Part shown: piece after piece, positions 29,199 through 38,125 of the stretch | Layout of the letters: each line of letters starts with the position of its first letter | How positions within the stretch are numbered: the stretch's first letter is position 1 | Made by a program: the position numbers and the translations under genes | The notes under the pieces: model-generated | Database searches by the model: none | What the model saw: only the letters and a program-made list of their open reading frames with translations | Told to the model about the DNA's origin: nothing | DNA from: an uncultured Solirubrobacterales bacterium | Lineage (GTDB): Bacteria; Actinomycetota; Thermoleophilia; Solirubrobacterales; 70-9 | NCBI GenBank assembly: GCA_963800285.1 | Contig: CAWDAL010000013.1 | Coordinates: forward strand, 227,395-291,394 | Direction of reading: 5' to 3' | Length of the DNA stretch: 64,000 nt

Positions 29199-30461
29199 AT
29201 GGCGGATGTGATCTCGACGATCGGCGAGGGCTTCAAGCAGTCCTTCCTGATGGGATACGAGGTCTGGTGGGCCCTCGTGCTCGGCTTCGCGATCTCGGCG
29301 ATCGTCCAGGCCTGGGTCCCGCGCGAGAAGGTCGAGTCCGCGCTCTCTGGGAGCGGCTTCCGCCCGCTGGCCAAGGCGACCGGGCTCGGCGCGGCCTCCT
29401 CGTCCTGCTCCTACGCGGCGATCGCGATCGCGAAGTCGCTCTTCCAGAAGGGCGCCTCAGCCGCGACGTCCCTCGCCTTCCAGTTCGCCTCGACCAATCT
29501 GGTCTGGGAGCTCGGCCTGGTCATCTGGATCCTGATCGGCTGGCAGTTCACCCTCGCCGAGTTCGTCGGCGGGGCCGTGCTGATCGCGTTCATGGCGATC
29601 CTGCTCCGCTTCTTCGTCTCGCCGAAGCTCGAGGAGCGGGCCCGCGAGCACGCCCGGCACGCGCAGGTCGACCACCAGCACCACGCGGTCGGGGAGCGGA
29701 TGAGCTGGCGCCAGCGGCTCACCTCCGTCCGGGCCTGGTCCGACGTCGCCCACAACTTCCGCGGCGACTGGCAGATGCTCTGGAAGGAGATCTCGATCGG
29801 GTTCCTGCTCGCCGGCTTCATCGGTCTGCTCGGCGACGACTTCTTCAACGCGCTCTTCATCAAGGACGCGCCGCCGGTCCTGAAGACGCTCGAGAACGTG
29901 ATCGTCGGGCCGATCATCGCCGTACTCAGCTTCGTCTGCTCGGTCGGCAACGCGCCGCTCGCCGCCGTGCTCTGGTCCGGCGGAATCGGCTTCGCCGGCG
30001 TAATCGCGTTCATCTTCGCCGACCTGATCGTCCTGCCGATCGTGGCCGCCTACATCAAGTACTACGGGCGGGAGTACGCGCTGCGGATCACGGCGCTGAT
30101 GTTCGTCACCATCGTGCTCTCGGCGCTCCTGGTCGACCTGCTCTTCGGAGCCGTCGGACTGATCCCCGACACGCGGCCGTCGCGCTCGGACATCTTCGGC
30201 TCGATCGAGCTCGACTACAAGCTCGCCCTCAACGTCCTCGGGCTGATCATCTTCTCGGCCCTCTTCTATCTGACGGCCCGGCGCGGGTCGACCGATCCCG
30301 TCTGCGGGATGAAGGTGGATCGCTCCAAGGCGCTGCAGGCGGTGCACGGCGGGCGCACCTACTACTTCTGCTCCGAGCACTGCCGCTCGCAGTTCGAAGC
30401 CGACCCCGAGGGGTACACGCGGAAGGGAAATGGAAGCCTCCAGCCAGATCCAGTCGCCTGA
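29199..30461 (+). CDS. COG0701/ArsP-like permease fused to a C-terminal YHS/TRASH metal-binding domain
   Basis: Multi-TM permease with conserved SSCSYAA and CSVGNAPLAA segments. C-terminus DPVCGMKVD...YYFCSEHC is the YHS/TRASH signature. Confidence 0.85.
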   Translation: MADVISTIGEGFKQSFLMGYEVWWALVLGFAISAIVQAWVPREKVESALSGSGFRPLAKATGLGAASSSCSYAAIAIAKSLFQKGASAATSLAFQFASTNLVWELGLVIWILIGWQFTLAEFVGGAVLIAFMAILLRFFVSPKLEERAREHARHAQVDHQHHAVGERMSWRQRLTSVRAWSDVAHNFRGDWQMLWKEISIGFLLAGFIGLLGDDFFNALFIKDAPPVLKTLENVIVGPIIAVLSFVCSVGNAPLAAVLWSGGIGFAGVIAFIFADLIVLPIVAAYIKYYGREYALRITALMFVTIVLSALLVDLLFGAVGLIPDTRPSRSDIFGSIELDYKLALNVLGLIIFSALFYLTARRGSTDPVCGMKVDRSKALQAVHGGRTYYFCSEHCRSQFEADPEGYTRKGNGSLQPDPVA

Positions 30462-30906
30462 CCGATCGGAGCTGAACGGGCTCGCGATCGCCGCGACGAC
30501 GCACTGCCTGATCGGCTGCGCGATCGGCGAGGTCTTGGGGATGGCGATTGCGACCGCGTTCGGCTGGGGCAATTTCCCGCAGGTGGTCCTGGCGGTCGGG
30601 CTCGCGTACGTCTTCGGCTTCGGTCTGACCTCGCTGCCGCTGATCCGCGCCCGGCTCGCACCGCGCACGATCGTCTCGACCGCGCTCGCCGCCGACACCG
30701 TCTCGATCACGATCATGGAGCTGATCGACAACCTCACCGTGATCCTGATCCCGAGCGCCCTCGCGGCCGGCCTCGGCGACCCGCTCTTCTACGGCAGCAT
30801 CGCCGCCGGCTTCGCGATCGCCTATCCGTTCGCCTTCCTCGCCAACCGGTACCTGATCGCGCGCGGCCGCGGTCACGCCGTCGTTCACCAGCACCATGCG
30901 CACTGA
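30430..30906 (+). CDS. DUF4396-like membrane protein with THCxxGCxxGE motif and His-rich C-terminus
   Basis: AATTHCLIGCAIGEVLGM plus 4 TM segments. Ends HAVVHQHHAH. Overlaps the permease gene by 32 nt. Confidence 0.75.
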   Translation: MEASSQIQSPDRSELNGLAIAATTHCLIGCAIGEVLGMAIATAFGWGNFPQVVLAVGLAYVFGFGLTSLPLIRARLAPRTIVSTALAADTVSITIMELIDNLTVILIPSALAAGLGDPLFYGSIAAGFAIAYPFAFLANRYLIARGRGHAVVHQHHAH

Positions 30907-31549
30907 GCCACGCGGGTACCTGCCGGCGCTTCGCTTCCCGGCGCTCACGCGCCTCTACGACCCCGTCGTCGCGCTGACCACCAGGGAGCGGCGGTTCAAG
31001 GAGCTCCTCATCGACCAGGCGGCGCCGGCGCCCGCCCAGCGCATCCTCGACCTCGGCTGCGGGACCGGCACCCTCGCGATTCAGGTCAAGCAGCGGGAGC
31101 CGGACGCCGAGGTGGTCGGCCTCGATGCCGATCCCGAGATGCTGAGCCAGGCCCGCGCCAAGGCGGAGCGGGCGGGGGTTGAGCTGAAGCTCGTCGAGGG
31201 CATGTCCGACAAGCTGCCCTTCGAGGCGGCGAGCTTCGACCGGGTCCTCTCGACTCTCTTCTTCCACCATCTCGATCCGGAGCCGAAGCGCCGGACCGCG
31301 CGAGAGATCGCCCGCGTCCTGCGCAGAGGCGGCGAGCTGCACGTCGCGGACTGGGGGGCGCCCGCCGACCCGCTGATGTCGGCGGCCTTCCTGTCGATCC
31401 GGATGCTCGACGGATTCGAGAACACGGCCGACAACGTCAACGGGGAGCTGCCGCGGATCTTCGAGGAGGCCGGGCTCGAGAACGCGGAGCAGACGGACCG
31501 GCTCCGCACGGTCTTCGGCACGATGGCGCTCTACCGGGCCGAGCGCTGA
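30896..31549 (+). CDS. class I SAM-dependent methyltransferase
   Basis: ILDLGCGTGTL motif I, VVGLDADPEML, and the FDRVLSTLFFHHL pattern. Confidence 0.85.
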   Translation: MRTEPRGYLPALRFPALTRLYDPVVALTTRERRFKELLIDQAAPAPAQRILDLGCGTGTLAIQVKQREPDAEVVGLDADPEMLSQARAKAERAGVELKLVEGMSDKLPFEAASFDRVLSTLFFHHLDPEPKRRTAREIARVLRRGGELHVADWGAPADPLMSAAFLSIRMLDGFENTADNVNGELPRIFEEAGLENAEQTDRLRTVFGTMALYRAER

Positions 31550-31601
31550 TTCCGTGCTGAGCACGGATGCCAGCCGAGACGGCTCGGCCTAGCTTCTACC
31601 C

Positions 31602-31868
31602 ATGAACCTGGCTCTGCTGGTTGCGGACACCTGGGGGATGCACGACAGCGACATCGGAACGGGGTGGTGGATTGTGATGATGCTCGGAATGGTTCTCTTC
31701 TGGGGTCTGGTGATCCTCGGGGTGATCTGGCTGGTCCGCGAGATGGGCAGTCCGCACCACCGCGGAAGCGCACCTGACGATCCGCTCGCAATCCTCGACC
31801 GGCGCTTCGCCGAGGGCGACATCACGGTCAAGGAGTACCAGCAGCGGCGCAAGATCCTCACCGGTTGA
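31602..31868 (+). CDS. SHOCT-domain small membrane protein
   Basis: One TM (WWIVMMLGMVLFWGLVILGVIWLV), then LDRRFAEGDITVKEYQQRRKIL, which is the SHOCT motif. Confidence 0.75.
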   Translation: MNLALLVADTWGMHDSDIGTGWWIVMMLGMVLFWGLVILGVIWLVREMGSPHHRGSAPDDPLAILDRRFAEGDITVKEYQQRRKILTG

Positions 31869-32713
31869 ACGCCGCCGAGTCGAGCACCTTCGTCTTCGCC
31901 GACCTCGCCGGCTTCACCGCGCTGACCGAGGCGCACGGGGATCAGGAGGCGATCGAGATCGCCGTCCGGTTCGCGGATCGCGTCAGGGAGCTGCTGCCGG
32001 ATTACGGGGCCGAGGAGGTCAAGTCGATCGGCGACGAGCTGATGATTCGCGTCGAGGATCCAGTCGGTGCGGTCCGGCTCGGGATACGGATCGTCGACGA
32101 GCTGGCGCTTCATGGCTCACCGCCGGTCAGGGTGGGCATGCACTCGGGGTGGGCCACCCCGCTGGGTGGCGACTGGTACGGCGCCACCGTCAACCTCGCC
32201 TCGCGCGTCGTGGACGCCGCGCGGCCGGGGGAGGTGCTGATCACGGCGGAGACCCGGCGAGAGGTGCAGGATCGTGACGGGTTCGAGATCGAGGAGCGGG
32301 GCACGCGCCGTTTCAAGCACGTCGTCGAGCCGATCCCGGTCTTCGAGGCGCTGGCCGCCGGCGGCCGGACGAGACGCCTCGAGATCGACCCCGTCTGCCG
32401 CATGGCCGTGGACCCGAGCCGGGCCGCCTCGAGCAGGCGCCGGCTCGGCCTCTCCTACTACTTCTGCTCCGCGGATTGCCGGGAGAAATTCGATGCCGCT
32501 CCGAAGAGCTACATCGCCACGACCGCCGGGGCGCGGGCGGCGCGCATGGGGTTCCTGATCAACCTCTCCGCCTTCGTGGTCGTCGGCGGCGTGCACCTGA
32601 TCTCCTGGGCGGCACGCGGCTTCACCGCGGATTCGCCGGGGATGTTCGTGCTCTTCTCCATATGGGCCGCGGCGCTGGTCTTCCACTACCGCACGGTCCG
32701 CGGGGTCCTCTGA
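31865..32713 (+). CDS. class III adenylate/guanylate cyclase domain fused to a YHS/TRASH domain and a C-terminal 2-TM module
   Basis: FVFADLAGFT and KSIGDELM (metal Asp residues). GATVNLASRV (Asn/Arg). Then DPVCRMAVD...YYFCSADC. Then two hydrophobic helices. The TTG start overlaps the SHOCT stop. Confidence 0.8.
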   Translation: MNAAESSTFVFADLAGFTALTEAHGDQEAIEIAVRFADRVRELLPDYGAEEVKSIGDELMIRVEDPVGAVRLGIRIVDELALHGSPPVRVGMHSGWATPLGGDWYGATVNLASRVVDAARPGEVLITAETRREVQDRDGFEIEERGTRRFKHVVEPIPVFEALAAGGRTRRLEIDPVCRMAVDPSRAASSRRRLGLSYYFCSADCREKFDAAPKSYIATTAGARAARMGFLINLSAFVVVGGVHLISWAARGFTADSPGMFVLFSIWAAALVFHYRTVRGVL

Positions 32714-32739
32714 CCGCGAGGCGCGCAGGCGTAGAGAAC

Positions 32740-32793
32740 GGCGCCCCCGAGCGCCGGGCCCGAACCGGGACGGGCCCGGCGCTCCGAGGCGCC
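32740..32793. terminator. strong GC hairpin between convergent genes (candidate bidirectional terminator)
   Basis: GAGCGCCGGGCCC (32749-32761) pairs with GGGCCCGGCGCTC (32772-32784) as a 13-bp perfect stem around a 10-nt loop. It is extended by outer GGCGCC/GGCGCC arms. No U-tract. Confidence 0.55.
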
Positions 32794-32827
32794 GCCCTAT
32801 ACGGCTACCCCGCAGTTCTCATTCTTA

Positions 32828-33448
32828 CTACTCGAGCGAGAAGGGCGGGTACCTGTCGGTGACGAGGAGGAACGCGTAGGCCGCGACCCGCAGCGCCCAG
32901 CGCTGTACGCCCATGACGAAGTCGAACAGCGACCGCGGATACCGCCCCGTGAACAGGATCGCGAACCAGGCGAAGATCACGGCGAAGAACGCTCCGATCG
33001 CCAGGAAGAACAGCACGATGTAGTGCGGGATCGCCAGGAACCACTTGATCAGCGGCATCCCGCGCGAGAGATCGGTCTCGACGTTCGGGTACTCGATCTC
33101 CAGCCGGACCCACTGCTCTTCGTCCGTTGACGGGTACTGGTCGTTCATCAGCACCATGTAGGTGTGGACTCGGGCGAAGAAGCGGACCAGTTCCCGGTTC
33201 CAGTCGAACCACCAGCGCGGGTACTTCTGCCGGAACAGGATCATCAGCAGCGGACCCAGCACCAGGACCCCGCCGGCGCCGGCGTAGGTCGCCTCGTTGT
33301 TGCCCCAGCCCCCGAACACGTAGTGGTTCACGGTCGCGAGCACGATCGCAATCGGGATCACCGCGAAGATCCGGAAGAACGTGCTCAATCGGTTGAGCTC
33401 GCGGTCCGGGTACTCCACCGAGTACGTCAGGGGATAGCTCTCGTCCAT
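32828..33448 (-). CDS. DUF4389-like membrane protein
   Basis: LSTFFRIFAVIPIAIVL...IKWFLAIPHYIVLFFL...AWFAILFTGRYP pattern characteristic of DUF4389. Confidence 0.8.
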   Translation of the reverse strand: MDESYPLTYSVEYPDRELNRLSTFFRIFAVIPIAIVLATVNHYVFGGWGNNEATYAGAGGVLVLGPLLMILFRQKYPRWWFDWNRELVRFFARVHTYMVLMNDQYPSTDEEQWVRLEIEYPNVETDLSRGMPLIKWFLAIPHYIVLFFLAIGAFFAVIFAWFAILFTGRYPRSLFDFVMGVQRWALRVAAYAFLLVTDRYPPFSLE

Positions 33449-33533
33449 TTCTCTCTCCCTCGTTGGTTTGCCGTCCCACGGAGGACCGTACGCCCGCCGC
33501 CGGACCGCGCCGCAGGATCGCCATCATCCGGGT

Positions 33534-34388
33534 ATGGCCCACCGGATCACCTGGCTCGACGTCTTCGCCGAGCGCCCCCTCGCGGGGAATGGGCTGGCCG
33601 TGGTCGACGACGCCGACGGCGTCAGCGACGAGACCATGCTCGCCCTCGCGCAGGAGACGCGACTCTCCGAGACCACCTTCGTGCAGTCCGCCACGGCCGA
33701 TGGCGCCGACTACCGCAACCGGATCTGGGACCCGCACGAGGAGCTTCCCTTCGCGGGCCACCCCTCCCTGGGGACCGCAGTGGCCGTCGCGCGCTGGCGC
33801 GGTCTCGACGAGGCGAGCTTCGTGCAGGAGACCGGCGCCGGGCTGCAGCCGATCGACGTCCGCAAGCCGAACGGGCGCTGGGAGGCGTCGATGCTCCAGA
33901 ACGAGGCGGAGTTCGGCCAGGAGCTGGAGCGTGACGCGGTCATGGCGGCCGTCGGGTTGCGGGCCGAGGACGCGCACCCCGAGCTGCCACCTCAGGTCGT
34001 CTCCACGGGGATGCCCCACGTGATGGCGCCCGTCGCGGAGCATCAGGCCCTGGCCCGCGCGCTGCCCGACTACTCGACGATCTTCGAGCTCTCGGAGCCG
34101 CACGGCTCGATCGTCATCTACCTAGCCTGGCTCGACCCGGACGGTGAGACGGTTCGCGCGCGCTCCTTCACGCGCACGGCGGAGATGGGGGAGGACCCGG
34201 CGACCGGGTCAGCGGCCGGGCCGCTCGGCGCCTACCTGCACCAGCGCACGGACCGCGAGCGGCTGCGGATCCGCCAGGGGGAGGAGATGGGTCGCCCGAG
34301 CGTGCTCGAGGTCGAGATGACCGACGGCCGGCCGCGGGTCTCCGGCGGCGTGATCCCGGTGATCGACGGAGAGGTCAGCCTGCCTTAG
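33534..34388 (+). CDS. PhzF family isomerase-like protein
   Basis: WLDVFAERPLAGNGLAVV...LSETTFV...ELPFAGHPSLG motifs. ATG at 33534 chosen from the conserved N-terminus. Confidence 0.85.
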   Translation: MAHRITWLDVFAERPLAGNGLAVVDDADGVSDETMLALAQETRLSETTFVQSATADGADYRNRIWDPHEELPFAGHPSLGTAVAVARWRGLDEASFVQETGAGLQPIDVRKPNGRWEASMLQNEAEFGQELERDAVMAAVGLRAEDAHPELPPQVVSTGMPHVMAPVAEHQALARALPDYSTIFELSEPHGSIVIYLAWLDPDGETVRARSFTRTAEMGEDPATGSAAGPLGAYLHQRTDRERLRIRQGEEMGRPSVLEVEMTDGRPRVSGGVIPVIDGEVSLP

Positions 34389-34839
34389 CTCGGCCGCCGC
34401 GCTTGCGCGCCAGGGCGCGCAGCCTGTCCCGGACGCGGCGGCGCTTCGTCTCCAGCTCGCGGCGGAGCGCATCGATCTCATCACGGCGGCGCCGGACGAG
34501 CTCCAGCTGGTTCTCGATGTGCCCGAGCGACTGCTCGAGCACCTCGCGCCGGCGGACCGGGTCCTCGATTCCCTCGAACCACTCCCGGCGCAGCGCAGCG
34601 CGCGCGGTCTCGGCGGCGGCCAGCTCCCCGAGCTCCTCGAGCGAGACGCCGAGCAGCTCTCGCAGCCGCAGCAGCTCGCGGAGACGCTCGAGGTCCTCCT
34701 CGCCGTAGGTCCGGTGCGCCCCGGGCTCGCGGGGGTGCTCGGAGGCGAGCAGCCCGATCTCCTCGTAGTAGCGGATCGTCCTGGGCGTCGTGCCCGTGAG
34801 CTTCGCCATGTCGCCGATGCGGAGCCGTCGCTCGCTCAT
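34375..34839 (-). CDS. MerR family transcriptional regulator
   Basis: LRIGDMAKLTGTTPRTIRYYEEIGLL HTH plus a coiled-coil C-terminus. The ATG overlaps the MFS stop (ATGA). Confidence 0.88.
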   Translation of the reverse strand: MSERRLRIGDMAKLTGTTPRTIRYYEEIGLLASEHPREPGAHRTYGEEDLERLRELLRLRELLGVSLEELGELAAAETARAALRREWFEGIEDPVRRREVLEQSLGHIENQLELVRRRRDEIDALRRELETKRRRVRDRLRALARKRGGRAKAG

Positions 34840-36353
34840 GCGGCGATCCGTTCCGAGGCCGGGAGCGCGTCCGCGACCGGGTGCTTGACGTGGCGGGGCC
34901 GCAGCAGCGAGACGCCGGCGCCGATCAGCGAGGTGGCCGCCAGCACCCAGAGGGCGGTGTGCATGTTCTGGATGAAGGCCTCGAGCTGGGCGGTCGGCAG
35001 GCCGGATGCGAGGCCCGAGAAGATCTTGAAGAGGACCTCCTTGGGAACGCCGGAGGTCACCACCGCGATCACGAAGGCGATCGAGAGGACCGCGCCGGTG
35101 TTCTGCAGCATCATCCGGGCGCCCGCCGCGATGCCGCGGCGGTGCGGCGGGACGGTTCCCATCATCGCCGCCGTGTTCGGCGAGTTGAACATGCCGGAGC
35201 CGATTCCGACGATCCCGAGCCAGAGCGTGGTCTCCCAGTAGGGGGTGTCCGGCTCGAGCGTGGTCATCGCCGCGAGGGCGGCGGCGGAGACGAGCATGCC
35301 GAGCGCCGCCAGGGCCCGCGAGCCGCGGCGGTCGGCCCAGATGCCGGCGAGTGGCGAGGCGATCAGCATCCCGATCGCCATCGGGGAGAGCTTGATCCCG
35401 GCGGTGATGGGGTCGTCGCCCTGCACCCCCTGGAAGTAGAAGACGAAGATGAAGAGCAGTGCGAAGCGGGAGAGGCCGTTGATGAAGGCCGCGCCGGTCG
35501 CGGCCGCGAACATCCGGTTCTGGAAGATGGTCAGGTCGAGCATCGGGGCGCTCGCCCGCCGCTCGATCAGCACGAAGAGCGGCAGCAGCACCACGGCGAC
35601 CGCCAGCGAGACGATCACGATGGGCTCGTTCCACCCGGAGATGCCGCCCTTCGAGACGCCGTAGACGAGCCCGGTCAGGCCGACGAGGAAGACGCTCGTA
35701 CCGAGCAGGTCGAGGCCCCGCTGCGTGTCCGGCTTCGCGAGCTCGTGGAGGATGAGCGCGCCCCAGACCGCGCCGGCGACGCCGAGGGGGATGTTGAACC
35801 AGAAGACCCATTGCCAGCCGATCGAGACGAGCGCCCCGCCGAGCACCGGCCCGATCACCAGCCCGATCGCGGCGACCATCGTGTTGGTTCCCATCGCCAC
35901 GCCGAGCTGCTCTTTCGGGAAGGCGTCGGTCACGAGAGCCGCCGCGTTGGCGAAGAGGAAGGCGGCGCCGACGCCCTGGAAGATCCGCCACAGGATGAGC
36001 TCGGTCCCGGTGCCCGCGAAGCCGGCGCCGAAGGAGGCCAAGGTGAAGAGGATGAAGCCCCCGACGTAGGCCTTCTTGCGGCCGAACAGGTCCGAGAGCC
36101 GGCCGGCCGTCAGCACCAGGACGGTCGAGGAGATCATGTAGGCGAGGATCACCCAGACGAGCTCCAGCAGGCTGGTGCCGAGTGAGCGTTCGAGGTCGGG
36201 CAGGGCGATGATCAGCGTGCCCGAGTTGATCGTCGCGAGGAGCATCCCGAGACTTGTGCAGCTGAGCGCCCACCACTTGTAGTTGCGGTGGCCGGCGTGA
36301 ACTCCCGGCCGGAATCTGCTCCGTGGCTTGTCCTCCCCAATTCTTACGTTCAC
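34836..36353 (-). CDS. MFS transporter, DHA2 (EmrB/QacA-like, 14-TM) family
   Basis: LSDLFGRKK motif and the 14 hydrophobic segments. The start is uncertain: the only in-frame canonical start upstream of TM1 is GTG at 36353, inside the dyad. Confidence 0.8.
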   Translation of the reverse strand: MNVRIGEDKPRSRFRPGVHAGHRNYKWWALSCTSLGMLLATINSGTLIIALPDLERSLGTSLLELVWVILAYMISSTVLVLTAGRLSDLFGRKKAYVGGFILFTLASFGAGFAGTGTELILWRIFQGVGAAFLFANAAALVTDAFPKEQLGVAMGTNTMVAAIGLVIGPVLGGALVSIGWQWVFWFNIPLGVAGAVWGALILHELAKPDTQRGLDLLGTSVFLVGLTGLVYGVSKGGISGWNEPIVIVSLAVAVVLLPLFVLIERRASAPMLDLTIFQNRMFAAATGAAFINGLSRFALLFIFVFYFQGVQGDDPITAGIKLSPMAIGMLIASPLAGIWADRRGSRALAALGMLVSAAALAAMTTLEPDTPYWETTLWLGIVGIGSGMFNSPNTAAMMGTVPPHRRGIAAGARMMLQNTGAVLSIAFVIAVVTSGVPKEVLFKIFSGLASGLPTAQLEAFIQNMHTALWVLAATSLIGAGVSLLRPRHVKHPVADALPASERIAA

Positions 36354-36361
36354 GTAAGGAT
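36340..36361. promoter_or_regulatory. 22-nt near-perfect dyad ATTCTTACGT-tc-ACGTAAGGAT in an AT-rich divergent promoter region (candidate MerR operator)
   Basis: 9 of 10 arm positions are complementary. It is followed by TAATAT (36362-36367), 7 nt before the ATG at 36375. Confidence 0.45.
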
Positions 36362-36374
36362 TAATATTAGCGGC

Positions 36375-36758
36375 ATGGATTCGACCTTCTGGCAGGCGGT
36401 TCTCTATCTGCACCTGGTCGCGATGGCGTTCTTCCTCGGCGGCCAGCTCCTGCTCGCCGCCGCGGTGGTCCCCGCGCTTCGCGGTGAGGAGAACCGCGAG
36501 CAGCTGCGGGCCGTCGCCCGGCGCTTCGGCTGGGGCTCGCTGATCGCGCTCGGCGTCCTGATCGCGACGGGTGCCGCCATGGCGAGCCATCTCGACCTCT
36601 GGAGCGACGGCACGCTGCACGTGAAGCTCACCCTGGTCGCGGTCGCGCTGATCCTGGTCGGCGTGCACCTGCGCTACTCGCGGGCGCACCTGCTGCAGGC
36701 CGCGATCTTCCTCGTCACCCTCGCGATCGTCTGGGAGGCCGTACGGTTGGCGTCCTGA
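36375..36758 (+). CDS. small 4-TM membrane protein of unknown function
   Basis: MDSTFWQAVLYLHLVAMAFFLGGQLLLAAAVVP... Four hydrophobic helices. The stop overlaps the next ATG (TGATG). Confidence 0.6.
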   Translation: MDSTFWQAVLYLHLVAMAFFLGGQLLLAAAVVPALRGEENREQLRAVARRFGWGSLIALGVLIATGAAMASHLDLWSDGTLHVKLTLVAVALILVGVHLRYSRAHLLQAAIFLVTLAIVWEAVRLAS

Positions 36759-38107
36759 TGGACCGCGACCGGCTCACCCCCCTGATCGAGGCGGAGCGTG
36801 AGCGCTTCGCCAGCCGGCACCCGGGATCCCGCGCCCTCTTCGAGGAGGCCCGGGGAAATCTGCTCGCCGGCGTCCCGATGAGCTGGATGGCGCGCTGGCC
36901 GGGAGGCCATCCGATCTTCGCCGCGGAGGCCTCGGGCGCGCGGATCACCGATGTCGACGGAATCGACTACGTCGATCTGTGCCTCGGCGACACCGGCGCG
37001 ATGGCCGGGCACGCGCCGGCCCCGACCGCGGAGGCGGTGGCCGAGCGCTACGCCCAGGGGTCCACCCTGATGCTGCCCACCGAGGACTCGATCTGGGTCG
37101 CCGGGGAGCTCGCCCGCCGCTTCGGGCTGCCGAAGTGGCAGCTCACCCTCTCGGCCACCGATGCCAACCGTTTCGCGATCCGAATGGCGCGGCAGATCAC
37201 CGGTCGCAGGCGGATCCTGGTGTTCAGCTACTGCTACCACGGCACGGTCGACGAGAGCTTCATCGTCGTCGGACCCGACGGCCGCCCGGTCTCGAGGGAA
37301 GGCAATGTCGGCCCTCCGGTCGATCCGACGGAGACGACCTCGGTGGTCGAGTTCAACGACGCCGAGGCGCTCGAGCGGGTCCTGCAGGAGGGGGAGATCG
37401 CCTGCGTGATGACCGAGCCGGCGCTCACCAACATCGGGATCGTCCTGCCGGAGCCGGGTTTCCACGACGCCCTTCGCAAGCTCACCCGGGACACGGGCAC
37501 CCTCCTCCTGATCGACGAGACGCACACCTTCAGCGCCGGTCCCGGCGGCTACACCGGCGCGCACGGGCTCGAACCCGACCTGCTCACCATCGGCAAGGCG
37601 ATCGCCGGTGGGGTGCCGGCCGGCGCCTTCGGGATGAGCGAGGAGGTCGCGGAGCGGGTGGGCGGCGAGGCCGACGCCGACTACGAGGACACCGGCGGCG
37701 TGGGCGGCACCCTGGCGGGCAACGCGCTCTCGGCGGCGGCGATTCGCGCCACGCTCGACCGGGTCCTGACGGCCGAGGCCTTCGAGCGGATGATCGAGCT
37801 GGCCGGACGGTTCACAGAGGGCGTGCAGGGCGTGATCGATGAGAGCGGGCTGTCCTGGCACGTGGTCCAGCTCGGCGCCAGGGCCGAGTACGGGTTCCTC
37901 CCCGAGCCGCCGGCAAGCGGCGGACAGGCGGCAGCCGGCTCGGACCCGGAGCTCGAGGAGTACCTCCACCTCTTCCTGCTCAACCGCGGCGTGCTGATCA
38001 CCCCGTTCCACAACATGGCGCTGATGTCGCCGGCCACCGAGGCGGAGGACGTCGATCGCCACACCGAGGCCTTCGCCGAGGCTTGCGAGCCGCTCGCCGC
38101 GGGTTGA
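36758..38107 (+). CDS. class III aminotransferase (glutamate-1-semialdehyde aminomutase-like)
   Basis: YHGTVDE, LLIDETHTF and TIGKAIAGG (PLP Lys) motifs, 449 aa. Confidence 0.85.
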   Translation: MDRDRLTPLIEAERERFASRHPGSRALFEEARGNLLAGVPMSWMARWPGGHPIFAAEASGARITDVDGIDYVDLCLGDTGAMAGHAPAPTAEAVAERYAQGSTLMLPTEDSIWVAGELARRFGLPKWQLTLSATDANRFAIRMARQITGRRRILVFSYCYHGTVDESFIVVGPDGRPVSREGNVGPPVDPTETTSVVEFNDAEALERVLQEGEIACVMTEPALTNIGIVLPEPGFHDALRKLTRDTGTLLLIDETHTFSAGPGGYTGAHGLEPDLLTIGKAIAGGVPAGAFGMSEEVAERVGGEADADYEDTGGVGGTLAGNALSAAAIRATLDRVLTAEAFERMIELAGRFTEGVQGVIDESGLSWHVVQLGARAEYGFLPEPPASGGQAAAGSDPELEEYLHLFLLNRGVLITPFHNMALMSPATEAEDVDRHTEAFAEACEPLAAG

Positions 38108-38125
38108 GGCGCGATACTCCAGGCG

